Positions 40,116 through 58,247 are shown, numbered from the stretch's first letter. The stretch is 64,000 bases of DNA from Octopus vulgaris (GCA_951406725.2 OX597824.1:50592001-50656000); one strand, 5' to 3'. Notes: a model not told the origin generated them from the letters alone. Translations and numbers: made by a program.

Positions 40116-42140
40116 TTATATCATAGAAGATATTTTGTGTAATAGACTGGTGGCTGAGGAATTAAGGACGAGAGGCGAGAGCAAAGAACGATGACACGTC
40201 AAAGGATTCTGTGAAAGAAGAGCTGTCGGCCGTGAAAAGAACACCGCTGCAGCTTGGTTTGAAAGAGAGGATTGTGCAGCTGCTGCTGCTAGCATACTGC
40301 TTGTGTTTGGTGCTGGATTTGTTAAGTTTGGATGCGAACTGTGATGCAAACCAGCGCTAACATTTCCGGGTGGACTGATTAGTCTTCCGCCGAACGAAGA
40401 ACCGGAAGATGGAAGTGAAGCACCTTCGTGTAATTTTCGCATATGTTTCTTTAGGTCGAAATTTCGACAAAACCCTTTACCGCATATCTGACAGGTGAAC
40501 GGTTTCTTTTCGTTGTGGGTATGCATATGAAAAGTGAGGTTGTAGATCTGGTGAAAGGCCTTGTTGCATACAGAACATTTGAACTGTTTTTCGGAGCTGT
40601 GTGTCAATTTATGATTTTTATAGTTACCTTTCTGATGGAACCCTTTACCGCAGTACTCACAGACGAATGGCTTGTAACCCTGGTGTATACGCATGTGTGT
40701 GTTCAGCGTGGAGCTCCGGTTAAAGGCCTTCCCGCAAGTGTTGCATTTGTGTGGTTTTTCCGAAGTGTGTATAATCTTATGACGGCACAGAGTACTGGCT
40801 TGTCGAAAACCTTTACCACATACTTTACATATGAATGGACGAGCACCAGTGTGCACAGGCATGTGACGTGTTAGGTTATAGTGGGCATTGAAAATCTTGC
40901 CACATTCAGGGCACGTGAACGTCTTCTGTGTCTTTAAACTGTTTTTCTTTGCTACCAAAGATCGCCCTGCCATCAGAGAAGAACTGTTGCTGGTATTGGC
41001 AATATTATTCGGCGATACCAAAGCTGAGTCCGGTGAACCGACGGCAATTGTTGATTTAATACTAGATCTTCCATCTTCTCCCTGCTGACTAGAGTTACAA
41101 GAACTGTTTAAGCTCTCATGTTGCTTGGAACTCGTAGAGTTCGGCGTCAAAGCCAATGGAAGAGCAGAAGCATCCGAATAAACGTTACTATTTTCGATAA
41201 AAGATTTTCTTTGCGACGAAGAGCAATGTGCATTTGGTGTTAGACTTTGTGGACTTTTCCATACACTACTACCATTCATGCTGTTACTATTTACGGAGCA
41301 CCCGCTGCTTATACCATTCTCAGATACACCACTGCCGATAATGGAATCTTTGCAGGCATAACCTCCTACGTCAACAATTAAATTTTTATCGATGGCTGAC
41401 GAATATCTGGATGCATTATGATGTAATCCCTGAAAACCTGTATTTTTAAACATATTGAGAGTCTCCAGGTTTCTGTCTTTTCTGATGGAGTTCGAATTAA
41501 ATAAAAAGGGATATTGCCTAAGTATTTGTGTCTGGTAATCATTTACGTTAGCGTTTCGAGGTAACGGAAACGCTGGATGGAGGTAAGGTGCATAAATAAC
41601 TGGGTCCCTATAATCTGAAGGATTACTAATTAAGTTTAAGCCTGCCCGTCGTTGGAGATCCGTATTAAAGAAGATACTTGCGTATGCAGATCCATGCATT
41701 GACGGATTAAACACCGATGTTGGAACCCATAACGAATCGATGTTTTTCGACTGAGTTTTGTAACCATTGTGTCCACTGACCTTAAGAGTGTTGTTGCTGT
41801 TATTGTTGACGATATTATTGGTGTTGTTAATGATGTTATTGTGAACATTATGATTATTGTTAGAAGAGTTAATGTTGTTGCTATGATTGTTGTTGATACA
41901 CACGTTACTGTTGTTATTATGTTGGTTATTGTGTAAATGCTGTTGTGGAGATAGATCTTTATTAGTCCGCTTGGACGGCGTAAATTCCATAATTTTCTCA
42001 ATGGAAAATGTCAGTTCAGCTTTTGAGTTTTCACTGTTTCTATTGGAAGGCATATGCCTTGGAAGTTCCTTTTTGATCAATACTGACGAACGAGGCAAGC
42101 TACCCTCCATACTTCGACCGCTGCTACTCTCTTCATACAT
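40116..42140 (-). CDS. Fezf: Fez family zinc-finger transcription factor (Fezf1/2, earmuff orthologue), ~674 aa, single coding exon
   Basis: N-terminal eh1 repressor motif LTFSIEKIM (41988-42014) and six C2H2 fingers with the Fez signature ([20 protein letters not shown]...[14 protein letters not shown]...[10 protein letters not shown]...[10 protein letters not shown]). First ATG at 42140, with an in-frame TGA upstream. Confidence 0.97.
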   Translation of the reverse strand: MYEESSSGRSMEGSLPRSSVLIKKELPRHMPSNRNSENSKAELTFSIEKIMEFTPSKRTNKDLSPQQHLHNNQHNNNSNVCINNNHSNNINSSNNNHNVHNNIINNTNNIVNNNSNNTLKVSGHNGYKTQSKNIDSLWVPTSVFNPSMHGSAYASIFFNTDLQRRAGLNLISNPSDYRDPVIYAPYLHPAFPLPRNANVNDYQTQILRQYPFLFNSNSIRKDRNLETLNMFKNTGFQGLHHNASRYSSAIDKNLIVDVGGYACKDSIIGSGVSENGISSGCSVNSNSMNGSSVWKSPQSLTPNAHCSSSQRKSFIENSNVYSDASALPLALTPNSTSSKQHESLNSSCNSSQQGEDGRSSIKSTIAVGSPDSALVSPNNIANTSNSSSLMAGRSLVAKKNSLKTQKTFTCPECGKIFNAHYNLTRHMPVHTGARPFICKVCGKGFRQASTLCRHKIIHTSEKPHKCNTCGKAFNRSSTLNTHMRIHQGYKPFVCEYCGKGFHQKGNYKNHKLTHSSEKQFKCSVCNKAFHQIYNLTFHMHTHNEKKPFTCQICGKGFCRNFDLKKHMRKLHEGASLPSSGSSFGGRLISPPGNVSAGLHHSSHPNLTNPAPNTSSMLAAAAAQSSLSNQAAAVFFSRPTALLSQNPLTCHRSLLSPLVLNSSATSLLHKISSMI

Positions 42141-42232
42141 TTTCAATAGCTTTTCTGGCTTGTTTGTGAAGGAAAATATTTTTCAATTTCGATTGGTTTC
42201 TTGCAAAATCTCACTTGAGTAGATAGAAATAT

Positions 42233-42255
42233 CTGCAAATAAAATAAAAAAAATG
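42233..42255 (-). promoter_or_regulatory. Probable splice acceptor of a 5'-UTR intron of Fezf
   Basis: Minus strand ttttttttattttatttgcAG|atatttc, about 92 nt upstream of the ATG. Confidence 0.6.
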
Positions 42256-42516
42256 GAAGTTATTAAATCAATCTATATATGACACACACACACACATGCC
42301 TACGAACATACATACACACAAACATACACACACACATATATATACACCTTTATTCTTTTATTAGTTTTAGCCCTGGAGGATATGGGCATGGTGGAGTACT
42401 GCCTATGCTATTGGTATTACTCCAACAGAAATTGGTAAATAAGGCTGTTTGATGCCAGTGCTCTTAATTGCGTTTCTTATGTGACGTCGATTCACCTGGA
42501 ATAGCAGATGGTTCTT

Positions 42517-42601
<85 letters not shown>

Positions 42602-43931
42602 AGCATTTGGTAAGCAGTAGTGTCGTTGAGTGTATCCAAAGAACTAACGAATGACCCATTCCTGGGGTACAGGAGCCTATAATAAGGTGACCGTAACTCA
42701 ATGTCAACGATTTCGTTCTCGCGAAGGATTTGGGCTATTTTTGCCAACGGATTATGAAAATGTACTCCACTGCGCTGCTGTTAATGTATTTAAAACACAT
42801 GGCTCCCATTGAGCCCTCTTCCAAAACATAAAACCATTCTGCCTGGCCCAAATGAAACTTTTATTACGTATAAATATTATTGCTTGGCGTCAAATGCCTG
42901 AATGTCATGATTCTCTGATGTTCCTGGTTCAATCAGCCCTCATTACTCTCCACATTCCTCTTTATCATTCTGAAATCACAAACATCCCGACAGTGTTCCC
43001 TATAATCAACTATAACGCACACGCGCACACGCACCACGAAAATTGGCCTACATCTGCCTAAGTCGTAATCCTATATTAATTATCTTCACATTCCAACGAA
43101 TCAGCTTCTCCTGTCGTTTTGACCAACCATTCATTTGTAGTCTGAGATTTCCGATAATTCTAGTCAATCATTGATCATATAAAGCTCGAAAAGAACACGA
43201 TGAACAGCTAATTCAGTGCAGTTCAATAAACATCAAAGCTGCTAGGCTGTAGTGGCGAACAGTTGCTATCTCCCAGTGTTTCCAAATGGCCACAGAGCTG
43301 GTGCACATACCTATCGAGCTATAATATGCCATACACATGCTTCCACTTCACAAGTTCAGTTGGCCATACACATGTTTGTGTATGTGTGTGTGTGTGTGTA
43401 TGTTGGGTTTGTTTCATCTGAGGTGAAGTTATGTGGTTACACAACAGCATAATGAAGAGACATTATGCGTTTATTATGGAATCATTATTATTTGAAAGCA
43501 AGTTGAAATAGCTTTGTTTCCCTGTATGCACGTATCAGCGAATGTAAGGGTGTGTATAAGCGTCTGTATGAATGTACGAGTTTGTGTGTGAATGCATAGG
43601 TAAATACATTCCTACGTACATAGTCAATACATATACATACATACATATATACATATATACATGGAAAGATACATGCACATACATTTACCTACGTACGTAC
43701 ATGTAAATATATATTCTTTTATCTTATTCTTCTACTTGTTTCAGTCATTTGATTGCGGACATGCTGGAGCACCGCCTTTAGTCGACCAAATCGACTCCAA
43801 GACTTATTCTTTGTAAGCTTAGAACTTATTCTATCGTTCTCGTTTGCCGAACCGTTAAGTTACGGGGACGCAAACACACCAACATCGGTTGTCAAGCGAT
43901 GGTAGAGGGACAAACACAGATACACAAATAG

Positions 43932-43963
<32 letters not shown>

Positions 43964-44344
43964 ACATATACGACTGGTTTCTTTCTGTTTCCGTCTACCA
44001 AGTCCACCCAGAAGGCCTTAGTCAGCCTGAGGCTGTAAGCAGAAGACATTTGCCAAAGGTCCTACACAGTGGGACTGAACCCAGAACCATGTGGTTGGGA
44101 AGCAAGCTTCTTACCACATAGCCACTCCATATATATATATGTGTGTGTGTGCGTGTGTGTGCGTGTGTTTGTACGTATCAACAAGCGTGCGTTCGACAAA
44201 ATATATTTTATTTCACCCGAAGCTTGAGAAAGGGGAAAAATCTCAACACAAATGTAAAGAGGTGTTTTTTATGGGCATTAGGAAGTTCAAAGGCTTACGA
44301 TATCTAGTAGTTTCATTCTTGGAATTAGACTAGAGAGAGACATG

Positions 44345-44398
<54 letters not shown>

Positions 44399-45557
44399 TT
44401 AGTGAACATGGGGTAGCATTTTTCTAAGAGAATATCTTCTGCGTAATTGTGTGAGTGTTGGTGGGTTGGAGTTAGACAAAATGGGTGGGCAAGATTAACG
44501 TTACAGGTGAAGTGTCCCCTAACAGAAATATGCTTGGCTAGTTTAGCTTGGCACCTTGGGTAAATGTCTTCGACTATAGCCACCGGAACACGAAAGCCCT
44601 GTGGATGGATTCGGGAAACAGAAACTAAAAGAAGCCCACTGTATAAATGTATACATATATATACATGAGGGGGTGCTGAAAAGTCCATGGCTTTAAAGGT
44701 GTCGAGAAAGGGCTGGTTGGACGCTTAACCTTCCAATTTTCTAAGTACTTTAACAGAGCCCAGAAAAACTGAAGGACCGCTGCAATAAATGTGTGAATCT
44801 GAGAGGGGAATATGTTTTATAAAATCATAATTAAACGATCCGCGTGTATTTTCTTTTACCCAAAATCAGGAACTTTTCAGTACAACTTTGTGTATATATA
44901 TATATGCATATATATATATATATTGTACGTATGTGTGCAACGACTTAAAAACCGATGTTGATGTTTTGTCTAGCGGTTTGGCAGAACTGAACGACGAAAT
45001 AAGTACCTAGTTTTAAAAAATGATTACTGGGTTCGATTCGTTTAACTAAAATTCTTCAATGTGGTGCCTCAGCGTAGACTGCAAAATATAAAAGACACAC
45101 ATCCACACACACACACACATAATATGTATTTATAAATACACATACGCACACACATCTGTCTAACAGGAGTTCATTAAGTCGATAAATAGACATACAAAAC
45201 TTCTTAAGAATAACGCTGATGGAGGGAAGTAGGGATAAGCGCAGACTACCATGCGTAGCCGGGTGATCTTAATAAATTGAAATTATAAATATATTGAGAG
45301 CAAAACAATTAGCATTACAGTATTTATCGCTTGTTTACTGTCACGCATTCAGCCCCACTTTTAAAGCGTGGATTAGACTGTTCTTTTTGCAACATTGAAA
45401 TTTCGTTAGTTTCCCCATCTTGTATGTATGTATCTATGTATGTATATATATATATATAAAAATACATAAATACATAAATACATACACACACACACTCACA
45501 CACACACACATATATATTTAATACTAGATGTATGTATATACACTTACCTATGTGCAT

Positions 45558-45589
<32 letters not shown>

Positions 45590-45879
45590 TTAAATAAGCA
45601 TACATATTGTTTATTCTAAATAAATTCATACATGTGCATAAGTGTATCTCTCTCTCACTTTCTCTGTCTGTCTGTCTGTCTCTCTCTCTGTATATATATA
45701 TATATGTCTACCTATGTATATACATAAATGCACACACGCACATACACACGCAAACACACACACACATATATATATATACATACCTATTTGCATGCATATT
45801 TGTACATTTATAATCCATGCGCATATATTAATTTTATGTATATAAAAGCATGTGCATACATGTATGTATGTATACACAG

Positions 45880-46170
<291 letters not shown>

Positions 46171-46406
46171 TTGCATGTACATAATTTATGTAGATGCGTG
46201 TGTCTGTTTCTATTTGTGTTGTGTTTGCTTGTTTGCGTATCCCTGTATTTATGTTTAATAATGTAAGCGTGTGTTCAATTCCGTTTCTTACGTCTCGTCT
46301 TTTGAAATTCAGTTAATAGACATCGATAAATTACTAAATGGATCAATATGATGGTCTAGAACACTTGAAGCTGCTTATATAGAACTATCACCATCCAATG
46401 ATTTAA

Positions 46407-46441
<35 letters not shown>

Positions 46442-46753
46442 CGTACAGGAGTATGTGTACGTATCTATCTATCTGTCTGTCTGTCTGTCTGTATATGTGT
46501 ATATACATGCACATACATGTACACACACATAGGTATATATATTTGTCTGTGTATATTGTATATACACAGGCGCCGCCCCCGCAGACAAACACAAACATAT
46601 GTATACATATGTGCTTGTGTATGTATATCATATATGTACTCGCTATTTGAATATGCCTTTAGTACTTGAAATAATTATATACAAAGATAAATACTGACAT
46701 ACTTATTATCATCTTCTTGAATGTTTGATCACCTAGTATGATAAATAGATAGG

Positions 46754-46876
<123 letters not shown>

Positions 46877-47379
46877 GCTGTTGGTAGGTCAATATATAAT
46901 GGAAAGAACACACTTGACGGTCAAAATTCCAACCCCCGCCCTTCCTTTGTCGTCCATTTAGTCTTCGATGCCATCTTAAATCTATTGTCACACCAACTTA
47001 AACACGAGAGATAGACACAGAGTTAAATGTTGAGAGAAAGAGAGGGAGAGAGAGAAAGTGAATGCATTGAGAGGGAGGAGAGTGAGGTAGAAAGAGAGTG
47101 AGAAGGAGGGAGAGAGCGAATGAAGGCGGGACTGCAGGAGGAGAAGGAGATTGAGATAAAGACACACTATGCCAGGCAAACACGTCAATGCCTGCTATAC
47201 GAAACCAAACACAAATTCCCTGGACGTAATCGGTGCAAATTATAGCATTTACCATTTTATCAGCGACTCACTATTACCAATTGATGCTATATACTTAACT
47301 GTTTACATGAGGATATTCTCTGACACTCTATCACTAACTCCCTCTCTCTTTCTCCCGCACTCTCTGTTATTCTCTCTTT

Positions 47380-50283
<2,904 letters not shown>

Positions 50284-51363
50284 TATGATTCTGCTAGTCC
50301 ATGAATCCAGTCACTTTATTATGCTTTATTGCATTAGAATGTGGGACAAGTTACTTCGAAGTATTCATTCTGGCTCTCAAAATTTTGAGTTCAGATCCTA
50401 CAGTAGTCAACTTTGCCTTTCGTCTTTCCGGTGTTAATAAACTAGAGTATCAGTTTTGCAGAGACATCTAGATAATAGATTAAACCCCTTCCACCATTTT
50501 TGTGGCCGTGTTCCTAAGTTAGAAGTGATTAACAAATAAATTAGCATAATAATCAATCGGTTTATCAAAGTTCTTCGTCACATAATTATGTCTTTTTCAG
50601 CGCGTGATTCCTTCGTAATTCATATACAACAAAATTTTGAATTTAAAATACATTCAGGCATGGCTCCGTGGTAAGAAGTTTGCTTCCCAGCTATATAGCT
50701 ACGGGTTCAATCCTATTACGTGACACCTTGGGCAAGAGGTTTTTGCGATAGCCACGGGTCGACGAAAGCCTTGTCAGTGGATTTGATGGTCGGAAACTGA
50801 AAGAAACCTGTCGTGTATATATATATATATATACATATACACACACACACATAATTTGAGGCTGTAGTACAACCGTTGCTGGTGCGTTTACGTTCCTGTA
50901 ACTTAGCGGTTCGGCAAGAAAGTATACGTGCATGTGTGTGCATTTCTCCGCGCCTTCCTCCTTTTTCTATAACATTCCTAGTCGTTCATTATTTACATCT
51001 GTCTTCCATTCAATCGTTCTAACTTTCTCATCTCATCCCCACTCTCCGTCTAATGTTATCTTATTTCTCGCCTTGTTTTTAATTGTTTCTATTCCTTTCT
51101 CACCACCCTACTCAACTGTTTTCGATTGTTTTTAATATGATAAATATTTTCTCTCAATCTGTTTTTCTTTCCAGCCTTTCCTTTTCGCCCTCTTTCTCCT
51201 AGTTCCCCTAATTTTGTCTGCCTGTCTGCCTGTTCGTCTGTCTCTCGCTCTCTCTGTTTCTCTGTATGTATGCATGTGTCGTGTGTTTATGTATGTATTT
51301 ATGTACGTACGTACGTATGTATGTATGTATGTATGTATGTATGTATGTATGTATGTATGTATG

Positions 51364-51414
<51 letters not shown>

Positions 51415-51534
51415 GTATACACACACATATATATATATGCATGTATATATATATATGTGTGTATATATATATGTACTTACGAACATACACAAGTATATAT
51501 AAATATATATACATGCATATGTATGTATGTATAT

Positions 51535-51795
51535 AGTGAGAATTTATGAAAAAACAAAAGACGAAGACGGCTGTGTAAACAAAAAATGTATTAGTTTAAT
51601 GCTTGGGAAGTGAGAAAGTCTTTTACGTTTCGAGCCTACGTTCTTCGACAGAAAGGAACACAGAAATAAACAGGGAGAGACAAAAAAAAAAAAAAAGGGT
51701 CTAGTGCCTAGCAATCTCTCATGGCGAATGCCGGACAGAGGGATCACACAGGAGAGCTTGGAAGAAGGGGAGATAATAAAGTAGTGGTGATCCCG
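51535..51795 (-). mobile_element. PLE terminal fragment with hammerhead-like motif (51619-51656), same family as 17179-17570 and 26120-26335
   Basis: Minus strand: ccttt-CTGTCGA-a-gaac(gtag)gctc-GAAA-cg-TA-aaaga; adjoins a TA-rich microsatellite. Confidence 0.75.
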
Positions 51796-52089
51796 TATTT
51801 ATATATATTTTTTCTCTATTCTTCAGTTATTGCATTCTTAGTTCTCGTTTCCAGCATTCACTCTCACTTTTTATATCCATCCTACTCTTACTAACATTGC
51901 TACAAAGCTGCATATTTTGGGGGAGGGTATATTTTATCACAACATGGTTTCTATCTAAATCTCAATCTACTACGAGTGTATGTGTGTGTGCGTCTATACA
52001 TACATACATACATACATACATACATACATACATACATACATACATACATACATACATACACACGTAAATACATACATTCATACATATAT

Positions 52090-53060
52090 ACAAATCCTGA
52101 TGTTTAAGAGCGCCGCGAAACTAAAAATCAAGACGTGTTGGTGAGAGAAATGTTGTTTGTTAAAGATAATGCACATGTAAACCATGATGCAAAGGCAATG
52201 TAGGATTTGGAGGATGCTTTCAACGGTGTTGCCACAAAGTTCACCTTGAAAGTTAGCATACGTAAAACTGAAACACTTTATCAATCAAATCTTGATTTGA
52301 ACCGCTTGACTGAATCTCTTCCATCGTTACCGAATAACAGGATCAACTCTACCTCTTTGGATTTAATAAACAGTAACGAATGGAAGATGCAGTGAAAGCT
52401 TTTTTATACATCATCCTGTGATGCCTCTAGACATGTTTCTTGAGGTCATCAGGTGTTTCGAGTCTTTCAATATCAGTTTTTTGTCCAGTTTGCACTATCT
52501 TATCTTGTATTCAGTTAGCACTACCCCTCCAGGTCCCCCTGATTTACGGACACCTTGTGTCAACCTATGCTTTACCCACTCTCCCCAGCCAACCTGATAG
52601 CCTTCTGTCTACTGGTCCCTGTAATGCGAATCATGGTGTAAACACTGTAGATATACTGGCCTGCAAACCCTCTACATACCATCTCGAACAAGGACAGTTC
52701 AACATACAGGATGTCGAGAGAATGATTTTGGGACAACAATAAAGTCTCTTTCCAGGTGAAGTGCAAGCTACACTGAGTAATAGTATTATTTATCCTATTG
52801 TACAGATCTGGGCCAAGAGTGATATACAGTGACCAGTTAAAAAAAAAGGGCTTCATACGTTTGTGTGTGTTACTTCAGAGGCATCATAAATATCTCACAG
52901 ACAGGCAAGATCAGGAATATCCTAATCCTAAAGAAAGCCAAGTTCACTAAAGATATTGGCATAACGAAACTTCTGTCTGCTCAACATCTCCAAGAATGAC
53001 GGAGATGCATTTGTCTAGAGAAAAAAAACGTTTCCGATGCCGGAAATATGTTAAATTGTA
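52090..53060 (+). mobile_element. Highly degraded RTE-type LINE RT fragments
   Basis: DAFNGVATKFTLKVSIRKTETLYQ resembles the RTE RT motif (F...FGL.IS..KT..(L/M).Q); the rest is barely readable. Confidence 0.45.
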
Positions 53061-53443
53061 AAACATTGGAGAAAGAAACCTGTTTCTTGCAATAATTACA
53101 TCTAAAACAAAATTTATTCATGGCCCCATAATGTATTACTGTGGATTCCCAATTTACCATTTTGCTTGCGTTGACCTCAAAAAATCTTGTTTGAGCCCCC
53201 AGAGATGATATGGACTCCGATTGAGAATAACTGGTCTCTCTGAATTAGAAATAAATGTATATGCTGGCTGTAATAATAGAATGCAGTTACATGTGACACG
53301 AGGAGACTGAAATTCTATAACTGCTGCTAGAACACAGCATCAGGAGACTGAAGCTAGTTTAAGAGGTCGAGTCACTTCTTATAGTATGACTCAAGATACT
53401 TCAAATACATAGTCGTCGTTGACTATCGACGAAATATCTATGT

Positions 53444-53481
<38 letters not shown>

Positions 53482-53837
53482 GTGGAAGATATCAATACAA
53501 AAGAAGACTGGTATATTATTTTATTTGCCCAGAAGAAAGAAAATCATCGGTCGGAATCAAACTTAGAACGTAAAGGGACGTAACTAAACACAACAAGGTA
53601 TTTTTCCCGACACTTTACAGACTGTGCCAAGCTACTGTTATTATAAATATTAATAACAATGATAAAGGAAAAAAATATTTTAGCTGAAACTACAGTGATC
53701 ACCATTGTAGAAATGTCACGACATCCTTGTACACATTGCTACCGGTTATTTGAAATACACTTATAACTCATACAAGCATACGCACATACATTCTGTTAAC
53801 ATATGCATACAACACATATACACACACGACAGACACA

Positions 53838-53906
<69 letters not shown>

Positions 53907-54663
53907 ATACAATACACGCACGAGCGCACGCACGAACACACACATTTCTCTGTCTCACCTAAAGATAGAGAGAATGGGAAGCAGTTCAGAGTTCTCCATA
54001 AATGACTGTTCCACCATTCAGCCTCGTAGAGAACGTTCAGATGTCCGCAACGTAAGAAGAAAAAATATAAATTTACCCAAAAGGTCACTAACGTTTTTCT
54101 TTTTAAAGTCCACATTTTTTATATCTATATTTCTTTATTTCTTTACAGACATAAGTAAATACATATAAAACAAAAACTACAACACTGCAGACAAGTCAGC
54201 GAGAAAAGAGATCAGTCTAACAAATTCTTAGCAACTAAATTCTAGAGGAAATAAAATTATCAGCGGAGAGGAAAAAATGGTTAACAGCGATTGAATAAGA
54301 TCAGTCAACGACTAGAATTGATTGATTGGGGATAATGTGTATCAATAAGAATTAAATTGCTAAACAGAACTGTGTTTCGATTTTAATGTATTGTGTGTAG
54401 GTATGTGTGCATACTCGCGTGTGTGCATGTGTGTATGTCTGTTTGAGAGAGAGAAAGAGAGAGAGAGTGAGAAGGAGATACATAGACAGATAAATACACA
54501 CGTACATAGACATATATATAGTTATACTTGTGGATGGTCATTCTCTTTTCATCTGCCAATTAAACACACGCACTATATATTTGGTCTTTACTTCAGATTT
54601 CTAGGTTTTTATTCGTATTATTTTTAGTTTATTGTCTATCAAAATTCTTTCGTCACACGTCTG

Positions 54664-55070
54664 ATTTCTTTATTGTCCACAAGTGGCTAAACATAGAGGG
54701 GGACAAACAAGGACAGACAGAGGGATTAAGTCGATTACATCGACCCCTGTACGTAACTGGTACTTAATTTATCGACCCCCGAAAGGATAAAAGGCAAAGT
54801 CGACCTCGGCGGAATTTGAACCCAGAATGTAACGGCAGACGAAATACCTATTTCTTTACTACCCACAAGGGGCTAAACACAGAGAGGACAAACAAGGACA
54901 GATAAACGGATTAAGTCGATTATATCGTAACTGGTACTTATTTAATCGACCCCGAAAGGATGAAAGGCAAAGTCGACCTCGGCGGAATTTGAACTCAGAA
55001 TGTAGCGGCAGACGAAACACCGCTAAGCATTTCGCCCGGCGTGCTAACGTTTCTGCCGGCTCGCCGCCTT
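54664..55070 (-). mobile_element. Composite (dimeric) SINE with a probable ~17-bp TSD
   Basis: Flanks ctttcgtcacacgtctg (54647-54663) and ctttcgtcacccgttctg (55068-55085); internal junction aaagaaata|ggtatttcg identical to the one at 36163. Confidence 0.75.
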
Positions 55071-55218
55071 TCGTCACCCGTTCTGTGTCTCTCTCTGTCC
55101 CAGTATCTGTCCCAGTGTCATCAGTGTCTCTCTGTCCCATGTATCTCCTCTTGTCCTGCTTCGAAAGAGAAAAAGGGCGAGAAATGGCGAGAGAGAGTGA
55201 GAGAGAGAGAGAGAGAGA

Positions 55219-55282
<64 letters not shown>

Positions 55283-55914
55283 AACGTCTCTTTTTATTTC
55301 AAGAATCATTGCCGGATGAATTTCATAATACAATATTATGACAATGTCATATCTCGACAAAGCAACATCTTAAGAACAATAAAGCTCGATAATGTCATTT
55401 CTACATGGCAAAACATCTTAACTCTGTTGTGTCTGGGGAGTCATTTTCTTTTTGTGCCTTATAATGTAACACACTCGCTGGTAAAATTTCCACTTAGTGT
55501 GTTACATTATAAGGCACATAAAGAAAATGACTCTCCTAGACACAACAGAATATGCTTCAACACACGAACTCATATAAAGAATCTTGCAAACCAAATACAA
55601 AAACGAAAAGCATCTTAACATCGACAAGAAAACATCACGACATGCCAACATCTCGAGAAGACATCATTTGGACAAGGTTAAACATCTCGATAGAGAATAT
55701 TTCATCAATGCAATATCCTTACGAGATGATAACACTAGAAAAGCATAGCCCAGGTGAACTTTATTAAATTTCCCCCAGAAGTGGCTTCTATTTTTATAAG
55801 TTAGATGCATTCTATAAAGATTTAAGTTTCCACGTAACCACCTTGACCACAACAACAAACACCAGCTACTACTATTACTACTACTACTACTACTACTACT
55901 ACTGATAATAATAT

Positions 55915-55945
<31 letters not shown>

Positions 55946-55948
55946 AAT

Positions 55949-56005
<57 letters not shown>

Positions 56006-56219
56006 CCTTTCTACTATAGGCACAAAGCCTGAAAAATTAATAGGAGGGGGCTAGTCAACTACATCGACCCTAGTGCTCAGCTTGTAGTTATTTGAATGAC
56101 CCCGACAGGATGACAGGCATAGTCGACGTCAGCGTAATTTGAACTCAGGACAGAAATGCAGACGAAATGCCGCCAAGGATTTTAACCGGCCTGCTAACGA
56201 TTGTGCCAGTTCACCGCCC

Positions 56220-56289
<70 letters not shown>

Positions 56290-56709
56290 CACCGAAACAA
56301 GAAAAATAAACAAATCTAAATTGCCAAAACCAACAGACTGTGAATTATTTGCCACAGACAGTAAAATCTAACTAAATGTCTTAAAAAATAAAACTTTTAT
56401 ATATATAAAAAAAAATTAAAAATATGAAGTGCAAACTGTAAGAAGGAAAATCAAAAAGAACATGTCAAGTACAAAAATTCAAGGAGATTTTTGTACTTGA
56501 CATTTTAATTTTAAATGCAAGACATTGTTGTTCTTGTTATTGTTGCTTTTGTTGCTATTGTTGTTATTGTAGTTGCTATTAAGGGCGATGAATAGCTGTA
56601 TTGGTTGCGTGCCAGACAAAATGACATAATCGTCAAAATGAGAGGAAAATATACACCGTAGGTTCTAATCCACCAGCTTCCTCTTTGATCTGTAACAATT
56701 TAAGTTTCG

Positions 56710-56974
56710 GAGATGTACTTGCATGGCAAGTGACCTGATCTGAGATCGTGTGCTGAAACAAAAACAATTACAGCATGAAAGGTGTTTATAAGCTATTTAA
56801 AAACACACAAAAACCGTTAGATTCCGTGGTGCACGGAATTTTGTCAGTGATCAGGTCGCGGTCTCAAAGCAACGAAAGTATTTTGGCAAATTAAATTTAA
56901 ATGTTGAAGTGAATCTAACGGTTTTGTGTGTGTTTTTAAATGGCTTATAAACACCTTCCACGCTGCTATTGTTT
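56710..56974 (+). mobile_element. 265-bp non-coding insertion with a 13-bp TSD, an internal inverted repeat and a variant hammerhead (56840-56890)
   Basis: TSD aatttaagtttcg at 56697-56709 and 56975-56987; inverted arms ~56762-56824 and 56911-56974; tttgtca-GTGATCA-g-gtcgc...gcaac-GAAA-gtat-TT-tggcaaa. Confidence 0.75.
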
Positions 56975-57372
56975 AATTTAAGTTTCGTAAAATAAAAAGT
57001 ACCAATCAACTAACTTACCCTTTCGTTTTGTAAGAAAAAAAAATTACAACAGAATATTGCTAGACATATTTCTAGTATTTTAAGTTATAATTTATTTTGC
57101 TCTATTGTCTAAGTAAACCACCATATCATGTCCCAACATTCATGAAACACGCTCCAACAATGGACTCTGCTCCAATGAGATCGCTCCAACTCACTAAATT
57201 CCCTTCATATCATACCCTATTGTAATAAGAAACAGAAGGGCATTTGCGATAATTCACTCCTAGACTCCTAGATTAACATTATGATGAATAGTCACGGATG
57301 GAAGACCTTTGATGTGATGACTCGGTGATCGGGCTTAACCTGTTGCGAACAATGATATGTATGTATGTTTTA

Positions 57373-57499
<127 letters not shown>

Positions 57500-57592
57500 G
57501 GTTCTGGGTTCAGTCCACTCTCTTCTTCTATAGCTCGGGCCGATCAAGACCCTGTGAGAGAATTGGTAGACGGAAACTGACAGAAGCCCGTC

Positions 57593-57655
<63 letters not shown>

Positions 57656-58195
57656 TAAAAAGAATTCCAACCTTGTCTGATTTTCACGTTTATTTACAAT
57701 CTTATAATGATATATTATAAGATAATATATTATAATTGAATAAAATAAAATGAAATAGTAGAATGTTAAATATTCATTCTGATTGAACTAGTACTTTCAT
57801 GCATTGAATTCTGCAATCTTCGGGTTCATGTAGTAGTGTTGACAGTCATGCTTCACAATTTTTGACTGCATATATATATATGCATGTGCGTGTGTGTGTA
57901 TGCGCACGTGCGTTTGTGCGCGTGTGTGTGTGTTTGCCTCCCCAATACCGCTTGACAACCAGTGTCGGTGTGTTTATGTCCCCGTAACTCAGCGGTTCGG
58001 CAAAAGTGACCGATAGAATAAATACTGGGCTTAAAAAATAAGTCCTGGGGTCGATTTGTCCGTCTAAAATCCCTTGTCATGGCTGCAGTCAAATGACAGA
58101 CACATGTAAAAGAATAAAATAGCACACACACACAGGCAGACAAGCACAAAGACACACACATGAACACACACACACACAAACACGCGCACACACAC

Positions 58196-58247
<52 letters not shown>

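Noticed and set aside
40515-42222. Antisense and alternative-frame ORFs overlapping Fezf
   Set aside because: Shadow ORFs of the real CDS with no independent features.
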